Position numbers and translations under genes: made by a program. Below are positions 47,524 to 57,821 of a stretch of DNA of 64,000 nucleotides, one piece after another. Each line of letters starts with the position of its first letter. Positions within the stretch are counted from its first letter, which is position 1. Under the pieces are notes generated by a model. That model was not told the DNA's origin and did not search any database. It worked only from the letters and a program-made list of their open reading frames with translations. This stretch comes from Bacteroidota bacterium (GTDB taxonomy: Bacteria > Bacteroidota > Bacteroidia > Chitinophagales > CAIODY01), in contig JBJOOR010000017.1 in NCBI GenBank assembly GCA_046051225.1, positions 4,879-68,878 of the forward strand, written 5' to 3'.

Positions 47524-48039
47524 TTATCTACTTACTTTTCTCCAAAATAAATATTCGCCCAAAATAATTAATAGTGTACTAAGTATCGAGCTTAAAAATA
47601 TTTTGGAAATGGTTAAATAAAACCTAGAAAAACTCCATACTTCGGCAATGAAAAATACAAAATGATGAATAAAAATTAATAAAAAAGTATATAATGCAAA
47701 GTTTATAAAACCTGCTCTGCTTATCGAAAATTCTTCCATTTCATCAGCATTTGCTTGCGGAAAAATAACTTGTATTATATAGGTTCGGGCAAATGCCATA
47801 ATAACCAATGCCATTGAATGCAAGCCCATGGTATTGGTAAACGAACCAACCCCAGCCCCCATAATAAAAGCCAACAACAAACAAAGCCAATTAGGAAAAC
47901 TTAATGGCAACAACAATACAAACAAGGGATAATAATATGGATTCATTAAACCATTAAGCTCAATATTATTTAATACCAATACTTGAAATAGTAGATAAAA
48001 AACAAACCGCAATACAAGTTTTACATAAGTGTTATTCAT
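47524..48039 (-). CDS. mreD: rod shape-determining protein MreD
   Basis: 171-aa polytopic membrane protein overlapping the mreC stop by 8 nt, in mreB-mreC-mreD order. Confidence 0.8.
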   Translation of the reverse strand: MNNTYVKLVLRFVFYLLFQVLVLNNIELNGLMNPYYYPLFVLLLPLSFPNWLCLLLAFIMGAGVGSFTNTMGLHSMALVIMAFARTYIIQVIFPQANADEMEEFSISRAGFINFALYTFLLIFIHHFVFFIAEVWSFSRFYLTISKIFLSSILSTLLIILGEYLFWRKVSR

Positions 48040-48859
48040 CGTGTATTCTTGAGGTTAATGTATCGGTTTGGGCTCGTAGTAATGAATTAACAACGTATAC
48101 ATGTTCTAACGATTGAAAATCGGTACTCAATTTTACTTTTATGTGATAAAAGTTGTAACCATTTTTTAATTCAAATTCATCAATAGTGCCTACCATTAAG
48201 TTAGCAGGATAAATCAAAGATTCACCACTAGTATAAACGGTATCGTTTTTTTTAATTTTTATATGTTTAGGTACATCGCCAATAGTAGTAGTAGTAGCAT
48301 CATAGCCTTCCCACATCATACTTACAAAATTACTTTCTTTTACTCTTACGCTTACTTTTAATTTGCTATGCAATACCGAAATAATTAAAGCAAAATCATC
48401 TGATACATCTTTCACAATGCCCACCACACCATGGTCGCAGATAACACCCATGTTTTTTCTGATGCCATTTTTAAACCCTTTATCAATAATAATGTAATTA
48501 TTTAAATTATTAGTTTCATTACTAATTACTTTAGCAGCAATGTATCTGTAAGCAGCTCGTTTATTGCTATCTACAATCATTTTACTCGAATCTTTTAACA
48601 TCATAAACGAATAGGTTTGATTAGCTTTTAGCATTGCATTATCAGCAGCCAAGCTATCATTTACTCGTTTTAAATTTACATAAGATTTTATATTATGATA
48701 ATAATTCAACACATTTCCCACTAACTGATTTGAACTATTAATATAGGCAGATTGATGAAAAGAACTTTCTTTTACTATCCACGAAATACTAATGATTTCG
48801 AGAAATAGAAAAAGAAAGAATTGAAAATACTTTAAAAAAAACTGGAATAAATTCCGCAT
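48032..48859 (-). CDS. mreC: rod shape-determining protein MreC
   Basis: 275 aa with an N-terminal anchor, a coiled-coil segment (LAADNAMLKANQ) and beta-rich domains (GVVGIV..V). Sits between mreB and mreD. Confidence 0.85.
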   Translation of the reverse strand: MRNLFQFFLKYFQFFLFLFLEIISISWIVKESSFHQSAYINSSNQLVGNVLNYYHNIKSYVNLKRVNDSLAADNAMLKANQTYSFMMLKDSSKMIVDSNKRAAYRYIAAKVISNETNNLNNYIIIDKGFKNGIRKNMGVICDHGVVGIVKDVSDDFALIISVLHSKLKVSVRVKESNFVSMMWEGYDATTTTIGDVPKHIKIKKNDTVYTSGESLIYPANLMVGTIDEFELKNGYNFYHIKVKLSTDFQSLEHVYVVNSLLRAQTDTLTSRIHDE

Positions 48860-48881
48860 TAATAAAATTTCATTTTAACGA

Positions 48882-49904
48882 TTAGCTCATTAAAAAAGGA
48901 TATTTATGAATATTTTTCAATGCTATGCCAGTACCTCTAACTACGGCTCTTAAAGGGTCATCGGCTACATGCACAGGAAGTTTTGTTTTGGCTGAAAGAC
49001 GTTTATCCAAACCTCTTAACAAAGCGCCACCACCTGTTAAATACAAACCTGTACGATAAATATCAGATGCTAATTCGGGTGGTGTAGTTTCTAAAGCTTT
49101 TAAAATTGCTTCTTCAATTTTAGAAATTGATTTATCTAATGCTTGTGCAATTTCGCTATAATTTACAGTAATTTCTTTTGGAATCCCTGTCATCAAATCT
49201 CTACCGCTTACTCTAAAATCATCAGGTGGATTTTCTAATTCAGTTAATGCCGAACCCACATTAATTTTAACTGATTCGGCTGTACGTTCACCAATTAAAA
49301 TATTATGTGCTTTGCGCATGTATTCAATAATATCAGCCGTAAATTCATCACCAGCCACACGAATACTTTGGTCGCATACAATACCTGCTAAAGCAATGAT
49401 TGCAATATCGGTAGTACCACCACCTATATCAATAATCATATTGCCCACAGGTTCTTCTACATCAATGCCAATGCCTATTGCAGCCGCCATTGGTTCATGA
49501 ATTAAATATACTTCTTTGCCGCCAGCTTGTTCGGCACTATCTCTCACCGCACGTTTTTCAACTTCGGTAATAGCACTTGGTATGCAAATAACCATTTTCC
49601 AACTTGGTGTAAGCAATGGCCGTTTCGGATTAATTAATTTAATCATTTCACGAATCATACTTTCGGCAGCATTAAAATCGGCAATTACACCATCTCTTAA
49701 TGGGCGAATTGTTTTTAAATCTTCGTGGGTTTTTTCGTGCATCATCATCGCACGTTTGCCTACTGCTATTACTTTTCCTGTAATTTTATTGATAGCAACA
49801 ATAGAAGGTTCGTCAACCACCACTTTATCGTTATGAATAATAAGAGTGTTGGCTGTGCCTAAATCTATTGCAATTTCTTGCGTTAAAAAGTTGAATAATG
49901 CCAT
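48882..49904 (-). CDS. mreB: rod shape-determining protein MreB
   Basis: IAIDLGTANTLI, EPMAAAIG and DIGGGTTDIA actin-fold motifs. 340 aa. Confidence 0.95.
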   Translation of the reverse strand: MALFNFLTQEIAIDLGTANTLIIHNDKVVVDEPSIVAINKITGKVIAVGKRAMMMHEKTHEDLKTIRPLRDGVIADFNAAESMIREMIKLINPKRPLLTPSWKMVICIPSAITEVEKRAVRDSAEQAGGKEVYLIHEPMAAAIGIGIDVEEPVGNMIIDIGGGTTDIAIIALAGIVCDQSIRVAGDEFTADIIEYMRKAHNILIGERTAESVKINVGSALTELENPPDDFRVSGRDLMTGIPKEITVNYSEIAQALDKSISKIEEAILKALETTPPELASDIYRTGLYLTGGGALLRGLDKRLSAKTKLPVHVADDPLRAVVRGTGIALKNIHKYPFLMS

Positions 49905-50028
49905 TTTTGGGCTATTTTTTTATAGCTGCCAAAGTTCATGTTTTTATTCCATTTTTTTATTTGTTTGATAAGATATTTTTTCAAACATCTGTAATAAATA
50001 TCTGCTTCAAAATAAGCACCTTTGCATT

Positions 50029-51081
50029 ATGAACGAAAAAAACAAACGTGATATACGTGAACTTACTTTAGATGATATTCAAAAAGCAATTGAAGCGATT
50101 AATGAAAAATCGTTTAGGGCTCAACAAATACATGATTGGCTTTGGTTGAAACAATGCCGTAGTATTGATGAAATGACAAATTTATCGAAAGATTTAAGAG
50201 CATTTTTAAAAGAAACATTTGATTTTAAAGCTATTCAAACCGACCACATACAAGTTAGCACGGATGGTACAATGAAATTTAGATTTAAAACATTTGATAA
50301 CCATTTTATTGAAGGCGTTTTAATTCCAACTACTGATAGATTAACGGCTTGCATAAGTTCGCAAATAGGCTGTAGCCTTACTTGTAAGTTTTGTGCAACA
50401 GGAAAAATGGAAAGAGAAAGAAATTTATCATTTGCCGAAATATTTGATCAAGTTGCCATCATTAATAAGAAAACGATGGATGAATACGGTAGAAGATTAA
50501 CAAACATTGTGTACATGGGCATGGGCGAACCGCTATTGAACTATAAAAATGTAATGAAATCAATTGAGCTAATTACATCGCCAAAAGCTTTAGGTATGAG
50601 CCCTACAAGGATTACTGTAAGTACAGCAGGCATTGCCAAGCAAATAAAACAATTGGCTGACGAAAATGCAAAATTCAATCTTGCTTTATCGCTTCATGCG
50701 GCAGATAATCAAACCAGAAGCAAAATAATGCCGATTAATGATTCGAATAAAATTGAAGAATTAATGGAGGTATTGGATTACTATTATAAGAAAACAAAAT
50801 TGCCTGTAACCTACGAGTACATTTTGTTTGAAGATATTAATGATTCGGAAGAAGATGCTCAAAACTTAATTAAGCTTTGCCGCCGAGTGCCTTCAAAAGT
50901 TAATATTATTGAATACAATCCTGTGGCTGGAACTGGGTTTGAAAAACCTACCGATAAAAGATTTGATAGTTTTATTGAAATATTGGAAGAAAGCAGAATA
51001 AATGTTCGAGTTAGAAGAAGCCGTGGTAAAGACATTGACGCTGCTTGCGGACAATTAGCAAACAAGGGTGAAAAGAATTAA
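50029..51081 (+). CDS. rlmN: 23S rRNA (adenine2503-C2)-methyltransferase RlmN (radical SAM)
   Basis: CISSQIGCSLTCKFCATG radical-SAM cluster, GMGEPLLN, and C-terminal DIDAACGQL. Confidence 0.92.
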   Translation: MNEKNKRDIRELTLDDIQKAIEAINEKSFRAQQIHDWLWLKQCRSIDEMTNLSKDLRAFLKETFDFKAIQTDHIQVSTDGTMKFRFKTFDNHFIEGVLIPTTDRLTACISSQIGCSLTCKFCATGKMERERNLSFAEIFDQVAIINKKTMDEYGRRLTNIVYMGMGEPLLNYKNVMKSIELITSPKALGMSPTRITVSTAGIAKQIKQLADENAKFNLALSLHAADNQTRSKIMPINDSNKIEELMEVLDYYYKKTKLPVTYEYILFEDINDSEEDAQNLIKLCRRVPSKVNIIEYNPVAGTGFEKPTDKRFDSFIEILEESRINVRVRRSRGKDIDAACGQLANKGEKN

Positions 51082-51194
51082 GTGTATTAAATTGTACAAG
51101 TTTTTTAATTTTTGTTAATTTTATAAACTTAAAATATATGCATAGCTGCAATAGTTGATTATTTTTACATCGAAACAAAAAAACACTAAGTAAT

Positions 51195-51863
51195 ATGGCA
51201 ATTGAAAGAATTAAAGTTTTATTAGCAGATGACCATCAATTAATTTTAGATGGAATTAATTTGTTGATTAAAGACGCACCAGATATTGATGTGGTGGATG
51301 AAGCAAACCACGGCGAAGAAGTATTGGATGTATTAAGCAGAAGGAAAATTGATGTGGTGTTGATGGATGTGAATATGCCTGTAAAAGATGGTATTGCTAC
51401 TACTAAAGAAATTAAAGCTAATTATCCTGATGTAAAAGTATTAGCCCTTTCAATGGTTAATGAAGGACCAATTATTACAAAAATGTTAGAAGCTGGTGCT
51501 TCGGGATATGTATTAAAAACTACATCGAAAGACGAATTATTAAGTGCTTTAAGGAAGGTGGCAAGTGGCAGTAAATATTTCAGTAGTGATGTAAGTGAAA
51601 CAATGATGAATGGTTTTGCGGCATCTCGTGAAAAAATGAAAATGGCTCAACAAACGATGATGAAAGACCATTTAACACTTCGTGAAATTGAAATTATCAG
51701 ATTAATTGTTGAAGGATATTCGAATGCTGAAATTGCTGAAAAATTAATTCGTAGCCCTCGAACAATTGATACACATAGAACAAATATTATGAAAAAAATT
51801 GAAGTTCACAATATTGCAGGCTTAATAAAATACGCCATGGCTAATGGTTTAATGGAATCGTAG
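51195..51863 (+). CDS. NarL/FixJ-type response regulator (REC plus LuxR HTH)
   Basis: LLADDH, the phospho-acceptor context VVLMDVNMP, YVLKT, and the LuxR HTH LTLREIEIIRLIVEGYSNAEIAEKL. Confidence 0.9.
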   Translation: MAIERIKVLLADDHQLILDGINLLIKDAPDIDVVDEANHGEEVLDVLSRRKIDVVLMDVNMPVKDGIATTKEIKANYPDVKVLALSMVNEGPIITKMLEAGASGYVLKTTSKDELLSALRKVASGSKYFSSDVSETMMNGFAASREKMKMAQQTMMKDHLTLREIEIIRLIVEGYSNAEIAEKLIRSPRTIDTHRTNIMKKIEVHNIAGLIKYAMANGLMES

Positions 51864-51887
51864 TATATTAAATTTTTGAAAAAAGTA

Positions 51888-51929
51888 AATGCCTCAATCA
51901 TTCATTTGATTGAGGCATTTTAAGTTTTA
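51888..51929 (+). terminator. rho-independent terminator after the response regulator
   Basis: 13-bp perfect stem AATGCCTCAATCA / TGATTGAGGCATT with a 7-nt loop, then a T-rich tail. Confidence 0.8.
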
Positions 51930-52097
51930 TTACTTACTGCATCCCTATTTATACGGATAAAAAAATACGTTGCAGATGAAGTATAATTACGATTTGTAAG
52001 TGAATAATTTATGCTTAAGTTGATAGTAGTTTTGTGGAGTAATTTTTCTGAAAACACAACAAGGAAAAAAAACACAGAACACAAAACACACAACCCA

Positions 52098-54278
52098 ATG
52101 AGCACAAAAACAAGAAGAGCATTTACCAATGCACTTAAAATTGCCAGTATCTTAATGCTACAACTTATTGTAGTAATTTATGTAACCAAAGCCAATCTTC
52201 AAACATCTGCTGGCTTCAGTCATGCATTAATAATAAAAAACGGAAAAGTATATGCATGGGGCAATAATGATCATGGTCAGTTAGGCAATGGCACTAAAGT
52301 AAATAGTTTAATACCTGTTGAAGTAAAAAATTTAAATAATGTAGTATCTGTTAGTACAGGTTTATATTTTTCAATGGCTTTAACATCCGAAGGAAAAGTT
52401 TATAGTTGGGGTACAAATACTTTAGGACAATTGGGATTAACTGATATACAAATGGCTACTGAACCAGTTGAAATAACTTCATTATCTAATATAAAATATA
52501 TTGCATCAGCTGGCGATCATGCATTGGCTTTAACATCTAAAGGAAGTGTAATGGCTTGGGGAAGCAATGCAAATGGCGAACTAGGTGATGGCTCAACAAT
52601 TAATCAATTTAAACCTATTGAAATAAAAGGATTAGAAAAAATAGTAAAAGTAACAGCAGGCATTGGTAATTCATTTGCTTTAGATGCTAAAGGTAATGTA
52701 TTTGCTTGGGGCAGTAATGAACAAGGGCAATTAGGATTAGGAAATAATAATTCGCAATTAACACCAATAGTAGTTAGCGGATTAAAAAATATTATTCAAA
52801 TTTCAGCAGGTAGATTTCATGCATTAGCATTAGATAGTAAAGGAAAAGTTTATAGTTGGGGAAATAACGAAAAAGGACAACTCGGAATGGATAACGGAAT
52901 GACAAATTCGTATTTGCCAATTGAAGTAAACGATTTACCAATTGTAAAAAATATTTCGTGTGGTGCCGATCATTGCACAGCCATCACAGGCGAAGGACAA
53001 TTATATGTATGGGGTAGTAATGAATTATATGAATGCGGACAAACTAAACCCAATATTTTCAAACCATTTTTATTAAACGAATCTTCTAATTTTCTAAGTA
53101 TTGCTTCGGGTAGCCATTTTAATGTAGCTATTAAAAGCAATGGAATGGTGTATGTATGGGGTAATAATACTGACGGACAATTAACCACCAATTTTAAAGA
53201 TGTAAAAAATAATATTGTTACCGTTCGTGGATTAAAAGAAACCGAAACTATATCAGCTTCATCAAAATTAATGCACACCTTATTGGTATCAGCCGATGGT
53301 AAAATTACATCTTCTGGAACAAATGAATACGGCCAATTAGGCGAAAGCGACAATAATAAAACTGGAAGTATAGCCGATTTAAAAAATGTTGTTCAAGCAT
53401 CTGCTGGCACTTATCATTCGGTGGCTGTAACGGGTAGTGGCAAAGTATATTGTTGGGGTGTAAACGGCTATGGGCAAGCAGGCGATACAGCATCATTACA
53501 AATTAATTATCCTTATTTAATAAAAAGTTTAGCCAATATTAAATATGTATCAGCTGGTGCAAATCATACATTAGCTTTAGCTACAGATGGAACTGTATAT
53601 GCTTGGGGAAGCAATCGATATGGGCAATTGGGTACAGGCAATTATAAAGGAAGCAATAAACCTGTAAAAATAAAAGGATTAACAGATGTAGTAAAGATTG
53701 TAGCTGGCGAAAAACATAGTATTGCTATAACATCTAATGGTAGCGTATATGCTTGGGGAGCAAATGATGTAGCACAATTAGGTATTGGAAGAGTAAAAAA
53801 TGCATTAAATCCTACTAAACTTGAGTTAGCTGCAGTGATAGATATTGCTTCTGAATTTAATCATACATTAGCACTTACCGCCGATGGAGCTGTGTATTCA
53901 TGGGGCTTTAACGATCAAGGGCAAATTGGCGATGGAACTATTACTAATAAATTTTATCCAACTGTAGTAAGCGGCATTGCTAATGTAAAATCAATTGCGG
54001 CAGGTGCAAATCATTCAATGGCTTTACTTGCAAATGGTGCATTTGTAGCTTGGGGAAATAACGAAAAAGGACAATTTGCCGATGGTACAAAACGCAGCTC
54101 AAGATTACCTATTCAAGAAAACAATATCATGAAAATTGCTGCTATAAATGGTGGTTATAATACCAGTACATTACTTACCACCGAAGGTATTTTAACCACT
54201 GCTGGCGAAACAATTACAAGCGATGATAAAAATACAGCTACCACTATGAATATACCGAAAGCTTATTCTAAAAAGTAA
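52098..54278 (+). CDS. membrane-anchored RCC1-repeat protein (about 13-14 blades, probable tandem beta-propellers)
   Basis: Start moved to MSTKTRRAF... followed by a TM/signal anchor. There are 13 recurrences of the WG.N..GQLG.G repeat signature. No T9SS tail. Confidence 0.8.
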   Translation: MSTKTRRAFTNALKIASILMLQLIVVIYVTKANLQTSAGFSHALIIKNGKVYAWGNNDHGQLGNGTKVNSLIPVEVKNLNNVVSVSTGLYFSMALTSEGKVYSWGTNTLGQLGLTDIQMATEPVEITSLSNIKYIASAGDHALALTSKGSVMAWGSNANGELGDGSTINQFKPIEIKGLEKIVKVTAGIGNSFALDAKGNVFAWGSNEQGQLGLGNNNSQLTPIVVSGLKNIIQISAGRFHALALDSKGKVYSWGNNEKGQLGMDNGMTNSYLPIEVNDLPIVKNISCGADHCTAITGEGQLYVWGSNELYECGQTKPNIFKPFLLNESSNFLSIASGSHFNVAIKSNGMVYVWGNNTDGQLTTNFKDVKNNIVTVRGLKETETISASSKLMHTLLVSADGKITSSGTNEYGQLGESDNNKTGSIADLKNVVQASAGTYHSVAVTGSGKVYCWGVNGYGQAGDTASLQINYPYLIKSLANIKYVSAGANHTLALATDGTVYAWGSNRYGQLGTGNYKGSNKPVKIKGLTDVVKIVAGEKHSIAITSNGSVYAWGANDVAQLGIGRVKNALNPTKLELAAVIDIASEFNHTLALTADGAVYSWGFNDQGQIGDGTITNKFYPTVVSGIANVKSIAAGANHSMALLANGAFVAWGNNEKGQFADGTKRSSRLPIQENNIMKIAAINGGYNTSTLLTTEGILTTAGETITSDDKNTATTMNIPKAYSKK

Positions 54279-54324
54279 AATTTTACCCTGTAAATTAAGT
54301 TGTTCTTGTACAAAAAAACAGAAT

Positions 54325-55302
54325 TTATTTATACATCACTTCCTTTACTGCTTTCACAGTTTTTTCTACGCTTGGTAAAAACGCAGCTACCAAATTTGGT
54401 GCATAATGCATAGATGAATCTGCTGTCATTATTCTTCTTACTGGTGCATCTAAATAATCAAATGCATCACGTTGTAAATTAAAAGTAATTTCGGTAGCCA
54501 CCGATCCAAATGGCCAAGCTTCTTCAACCACAACACATCTATTTGTTTTCTTTACCGATTCAATAATTGTAGCCATGTCTAAAGGGCGTATAGTACGCAA
54601 ATCAATCACTTCAGCACTAATTCCTTCTTTAGCTAATTCTTCAGCAGCACCCAATGCAACCTTCATCATTTTATTAAATGATATTATAGTTACATCTGTT
54701 CCTTCACGTTTCACATCCGCTTTTCCTATCGGAATATAATATTCCTCTTCCGGTACTTCGCCCATATCGCCATACATCATTTCGCTTTCAAAAAAGCAAA
54801 CAGGGTCGGCATCAACAATGGCAGATTTTAATAAACCTTTTGCATCATAAGGATTTGAAACGCTGATTACTTTTAGCCCTGGTACATTTGCCATCCAACT
54901 TTCAAAAGCTTGGCTATGTTGAGCGCCTAATTGCCCTGCACTACCCGATGGTCCACGAAAAACAATGGGACAACCAAATTGCCCTGCACTCATTGCCCGT
55001 GTTTTTGCTGCCGAATTAATAATTTGATCAAAAGCCAATACTGCAAAATTCCAAGTCATAAATTCTACAATTGGTTTTACACCATTCATAGCTGCACCCA
55101 CCGCAATAGCCGCAAAACCTAATTCGGCAATGGGTGTATCAATAATTCTTTTAGCACCAAATTCATCTAACATGCCTTGGCTTACTTTGTATGCACCATT
55201 ATATTGTGCCACTTCTTCGCCCATTAAAAATACTTTAGGGTCTTTACGCATTTCTTCTTGCATGGCTTCACGTAAGGCTTGGCGAAAGGCTATTGTTCTC
55301 AT
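54325..55302 (-). CDS. pdhB: pyruvate (2-oxoacid) dehydrogenase E1 component beta subunit
   Basis: 325 aa. FLMGEEVAQYNGAYKVSQGM, DTPIAE.GF, and the transketolase C-terminal domain. Confidence 0.9.
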   Translation of the reverse strand: MRTIAFRQALREAMQEEMRKDPKVFLMGEEVAQYNGAYKVSQGMLDEFGAKRIIDTPIAELGFAAIAVGAAMNGVKPIVEFMTWNFAVLAFDQIINSAAKTRAMSAGQFGCPIVFRGPSGSAGQLGAQHSQAFESWMANVPGLKVISVSNPYDAKGLLKSAIVDADPVCFFESEMMYGDMGEVPEEEYYIPIGKADVKREGTDVTIISFNKMMKVALGAAEELAKEGISAEVIDLRTIRPLDMATIIESVKKTNRCVVVEEAWPFGSVATEITFNLQRDAFDYLDAPVRRIMTADSSMHYAPNLVAAFLPSVEKTVKAVKEVMYK

Positions 55303-55338
55303 TGTAGTATAAATATTTTTTTATAAATTTATGGATTG

Positions 55339-55346
55339 CAAAAATA
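55339..55346 (-). promoter_or_regulatory. -7 promoter box TATTTTTG for pdhB
   Basis: Exact TAnnTTTG about 37 nt upstream of ATG 55302. Confidence 0.4.
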
Positions 55347-55398
55347 GAAGTATAAGGCGTAAATAATAACTTTTATGTATTGATTTTTAAGAATAGAA

Positions 55399-56460
55399 TT
55401 AGCTATTTTCTTTTTCAAATTCTTTCATTGTATTTGTTAATTTCTCTACACAATACAGCCCCATCGCATTATAAATTGAAGCTCTAAAAGCGCCAACGCT
55501 ACGGTGTCCTATAATATTGATGATATTTTGTTTTGCTGTAAAATCAATAAATGGTTGTTGATATTTTTCATCGCAATTAAATACTATATTCATTGGGCTA
55601 CGATATTTTTTTTCAACCCAATTATTAAAAATTTTACTTTCATCAATTGTTTTGTACATCAATTCGGCTTTTAATTTATTTTGAATAAATATTTTTTCAA
55701 GCGTTTGTTGTTTCATCCATCTTAGCATTAATAAACTTACATACACTGAATAAACAGATGGTGTGCTATAAATTGAATTGGCTTCTACATTTTTTTTAAA
55801 ATTAAAAACCGAAGGGCAATTATTATTAATTTTTTTAAGTAAATATTTTTTTATAAAAACGATGGTACTGCCTGCTGTGCCTGTGTTTTTATGCGTTGAG
55901 GCATAAACAAAATCAAACTGATTGTAATCGATTGCTTTGCTTAGCAAACTGCTGCTCATATCGGCAAACAATGAAATTGCAGATTGTGGAATTTCATCAA
56001 ATTGAGTTCCTTCAATTGTATTATTATGTGTAATATGTAAAAATTCGGCTTGGTTATCTAGTTCTACAATGTTGGGAATGGTATTATAATTATTTAAATA
56101 ACCTGATGCTATTACTTTTGCATGGCTTACTAAATTAGTTTCGGCAATTATTTTTTTACTCCAATAGCCTGTATCAACAAATGCAGCATATTTTTTTTCA
56201 GTTAAAAAATTAAGTGGAATCATTGCAAACAAATTGCTAGCACCACCTGGCAAATACAAAATTTCAAAATCATCATTTAGATTGCAAAGCTCTTTCAATA
56301 AAGCTTTTGCTTCGTTAATTATAGCATCATAGGTTTTGTTTCTATGCGATATTTCTATAATGCTTTCTCCATTTTTATAATGCAACACAGCTTCGGCGGC
56401 TTGTTTCAATACTTCATTAGGTAGCATTGCTGGACCAGAATTAAAATTACAAACAGACAT
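55399..56460 (-). CDS. serC: phosphoserine aminotransferase
   Basis: 353 aa. NFNSGPAMLP at the N-terminus, a class V aminotransferase layout, and SxHK-like STHKN. Confidence 0.88.
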   Translation of the reverse strand: MSVCNFNSGPAMLPNEVLKQAAEAVLHYKNGESIIEISHRNKTYDAIINEAKALLKELCNLNDDFEILYLPGGASNLFAMIPLNFLTEKKYAAFVDTGYWSKKIIAETNLVSHAKVIASGYLNNYNTIPNIVELDNQAEFLHITHNNTIEGTQFDEIPQSAISLFADMSSSLLSKAIDYNQFDFVYASTHKNTGTAGSTIVFIKKYLLKKINNNCPSVFNFKKNVEANSIYSTPSVYSVYVSLLMLRWMKQQTLEKIFIQNKLKAELMYKTIDESKIFNNWVEKKYRSPMNIVFNCDEKYQQPFIDFTAKQNIINIIGHRSVGAFRASIYNAMGLYCVEKLTNTMKEFEKENS

Positions 56461-56639
56461 TACTATAAATATTGAAACAAAGATAACAGAATTGAAATAA
56501 TGCTTACTGATTAAAATCGTTCCTATTTACACATTTTAAAATTAGGATGATGATAAGCTTTTCATAATTGGGGTTAAAACAAAACACCCCATTTAAACAA
56601 AAGCTTAAACGGGGTGAAAAAAAACTGTAAAAAAAAATT

Positions 56640-56978
56640 TTATTGTTCTCTTGATGGATTGCGGCTATAAACCTTTCCATCCATATATTCTTGTGTAGCA
56701 AGAATTGTAGGATGTGGTAATTTTTCGTAATACTTACTGATTTCTATTTGTTCACGGTTTTCGTGAATTTCTTCTAAATTATCTGATGTACTAGCAAATT
56801 CGGCTAATTTATTGTGTAACTCTTCTCTTATAGTGCTGCTTAATTGATTAGCACGTTTCGAAATAATTACTACAGTTTCGTAAGCATTATTTGTTTTAGC
56901 TTTTAATGCATCCATGCTACGTGTTTCAACGCCTGGATTGCTTGGAACCATCTTCTTTGCTGGAGGTGTATTGCTCAT
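56640..56978 (-). CDS. rpoZ: DNA-directed RNA polymerase subunit omega
   Basis: 112 aa. NAYETVVIISKRANQLS core. Sits immediately downstream of bamD, as is usual in Bacteroidota. Confidence 0.8.
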   Translation of the reverse strand: MSNTPPAKKMVPSNPGVETRSMDALKAKTNNAYETVVIISKRANQLSSTIREELHNKLAEFASTSDNLEEIHENREQIEISKYYEKLPHPTILATQEYMDGKVYSRNPSREQ

Positions 56979-56990
56979 ATATAAATATTA

Positions 56991-57806
56991 TTACTTGTTG
57001 GTTTTTAATTTTTCTAATTCGGCTCTTGAATTATCATAAATTTTTTGAGCATCCTTAGAATATTTTGAAGTGGCAAATTTATCAATAAAATCTGAATAAT
57101 AGTTTATTGTTGTAGATAATCTTTCTGTTTTTTTTGCAGTAATGCTTTCTTTAGCAAAATCATAGCTAGCTTTTATCATTTGAAATGATAAATAATCGGC
57201 ATTTTTTGAATCAGGAAAATCTTTTAATACGGCTTTGTAGGCTATAATTGATGCTTTAAAATTGCCAATATTATAATACAAATCGGCGGCTCGGGTGGCT
57301 TTTAGTTCTAACTTTTCTCGTAATTTAGTTATATACTCGTTGGCTTTTTCTACTCGTGGATCTTCAGGATGATTATTGATAAATAATTGCAAGCCATTAA
57401 TGCCTTTTGTAGTTTCGGTTTGGTCTAAATTTACTTCGGGCGATAGCAAGTAATAACAATAGGCACCCATGTATTCGCATTCAGTTGCATTTTCATAATT
57501 TGGAAAATTATCGCTAATGTATTTAAAATGATAAGCCGCCATCATATAATCTTTGCTACCATAATGCGACCATGCGTAGTAATAATAAATCTGTTCGAAA
57601 TTTTTTGTGCCTCGTAGGGTAGCCAATACTTCTTCGAATAAAGGTTGGGCTTTTTCAAACTCTTCTTTATTGTAAAATTCTTTGGCTTTGGTTAGTTTTA
57701 AATTCAAATCACCGCTTTTAAGCAGCTTTTGATAAGGGTCGCAGCTTGATAAAAGCATGGTACCTACTAAACCAATAATGGCGATATATATATACGATTT
57801 TTTCAT
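56991..57806 (-). CDS. bamD: outer membrane protein assembly factor BamD (TPR lipoprotein)
   Basis: Lipobox LLSSC, TPR-like repeats, 271 aa, in the bamD-rpoZ context. Confidence 0.85.
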   Translation of the reverse strand: MKKSYIYIAIIGLVGTMLLSSCDPYQKLLKSGDLNLKLTKAKEFYNKEEFEKAQPLFEEVLATLRGTKNFEQIYYYYAWSHYGSKDYMMAAYHFKYISDNFPNYENATECEYMGAYCYYLLSPEVNLDQTETTKGINGLQLFINNHPEDPRVEKANEYITKLREKLELKATRAADLYYNIGNFKASIIAYKAVLKDFPDSKNADYLSFQMIKASYDFAKESITAKKTERLSTTINYYSDFIDKFATSKYSKDAQKIYDNSRAELEKLKTNK

Positions 57807-57813
57807 CGGGCTG

Positions 57814-57821
57814 CAAATGTA
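57814..57821 (-). promoter_or_regulatory. -7 promoter box TACATTTG for bamD
   Basis: Exact TAnnTTTG ending 8 nt upstream of ATG 57806, which implies a very short leader. Confidence 0.4.

Noticed and set aside
56585-56616. Possible terminator after rpoZ (CACCCC...GGGGTG).
   Set aside because: It has only a 6-bp stem with a 20-nt loop, so it is a weak candidate and is not listed as a feature.
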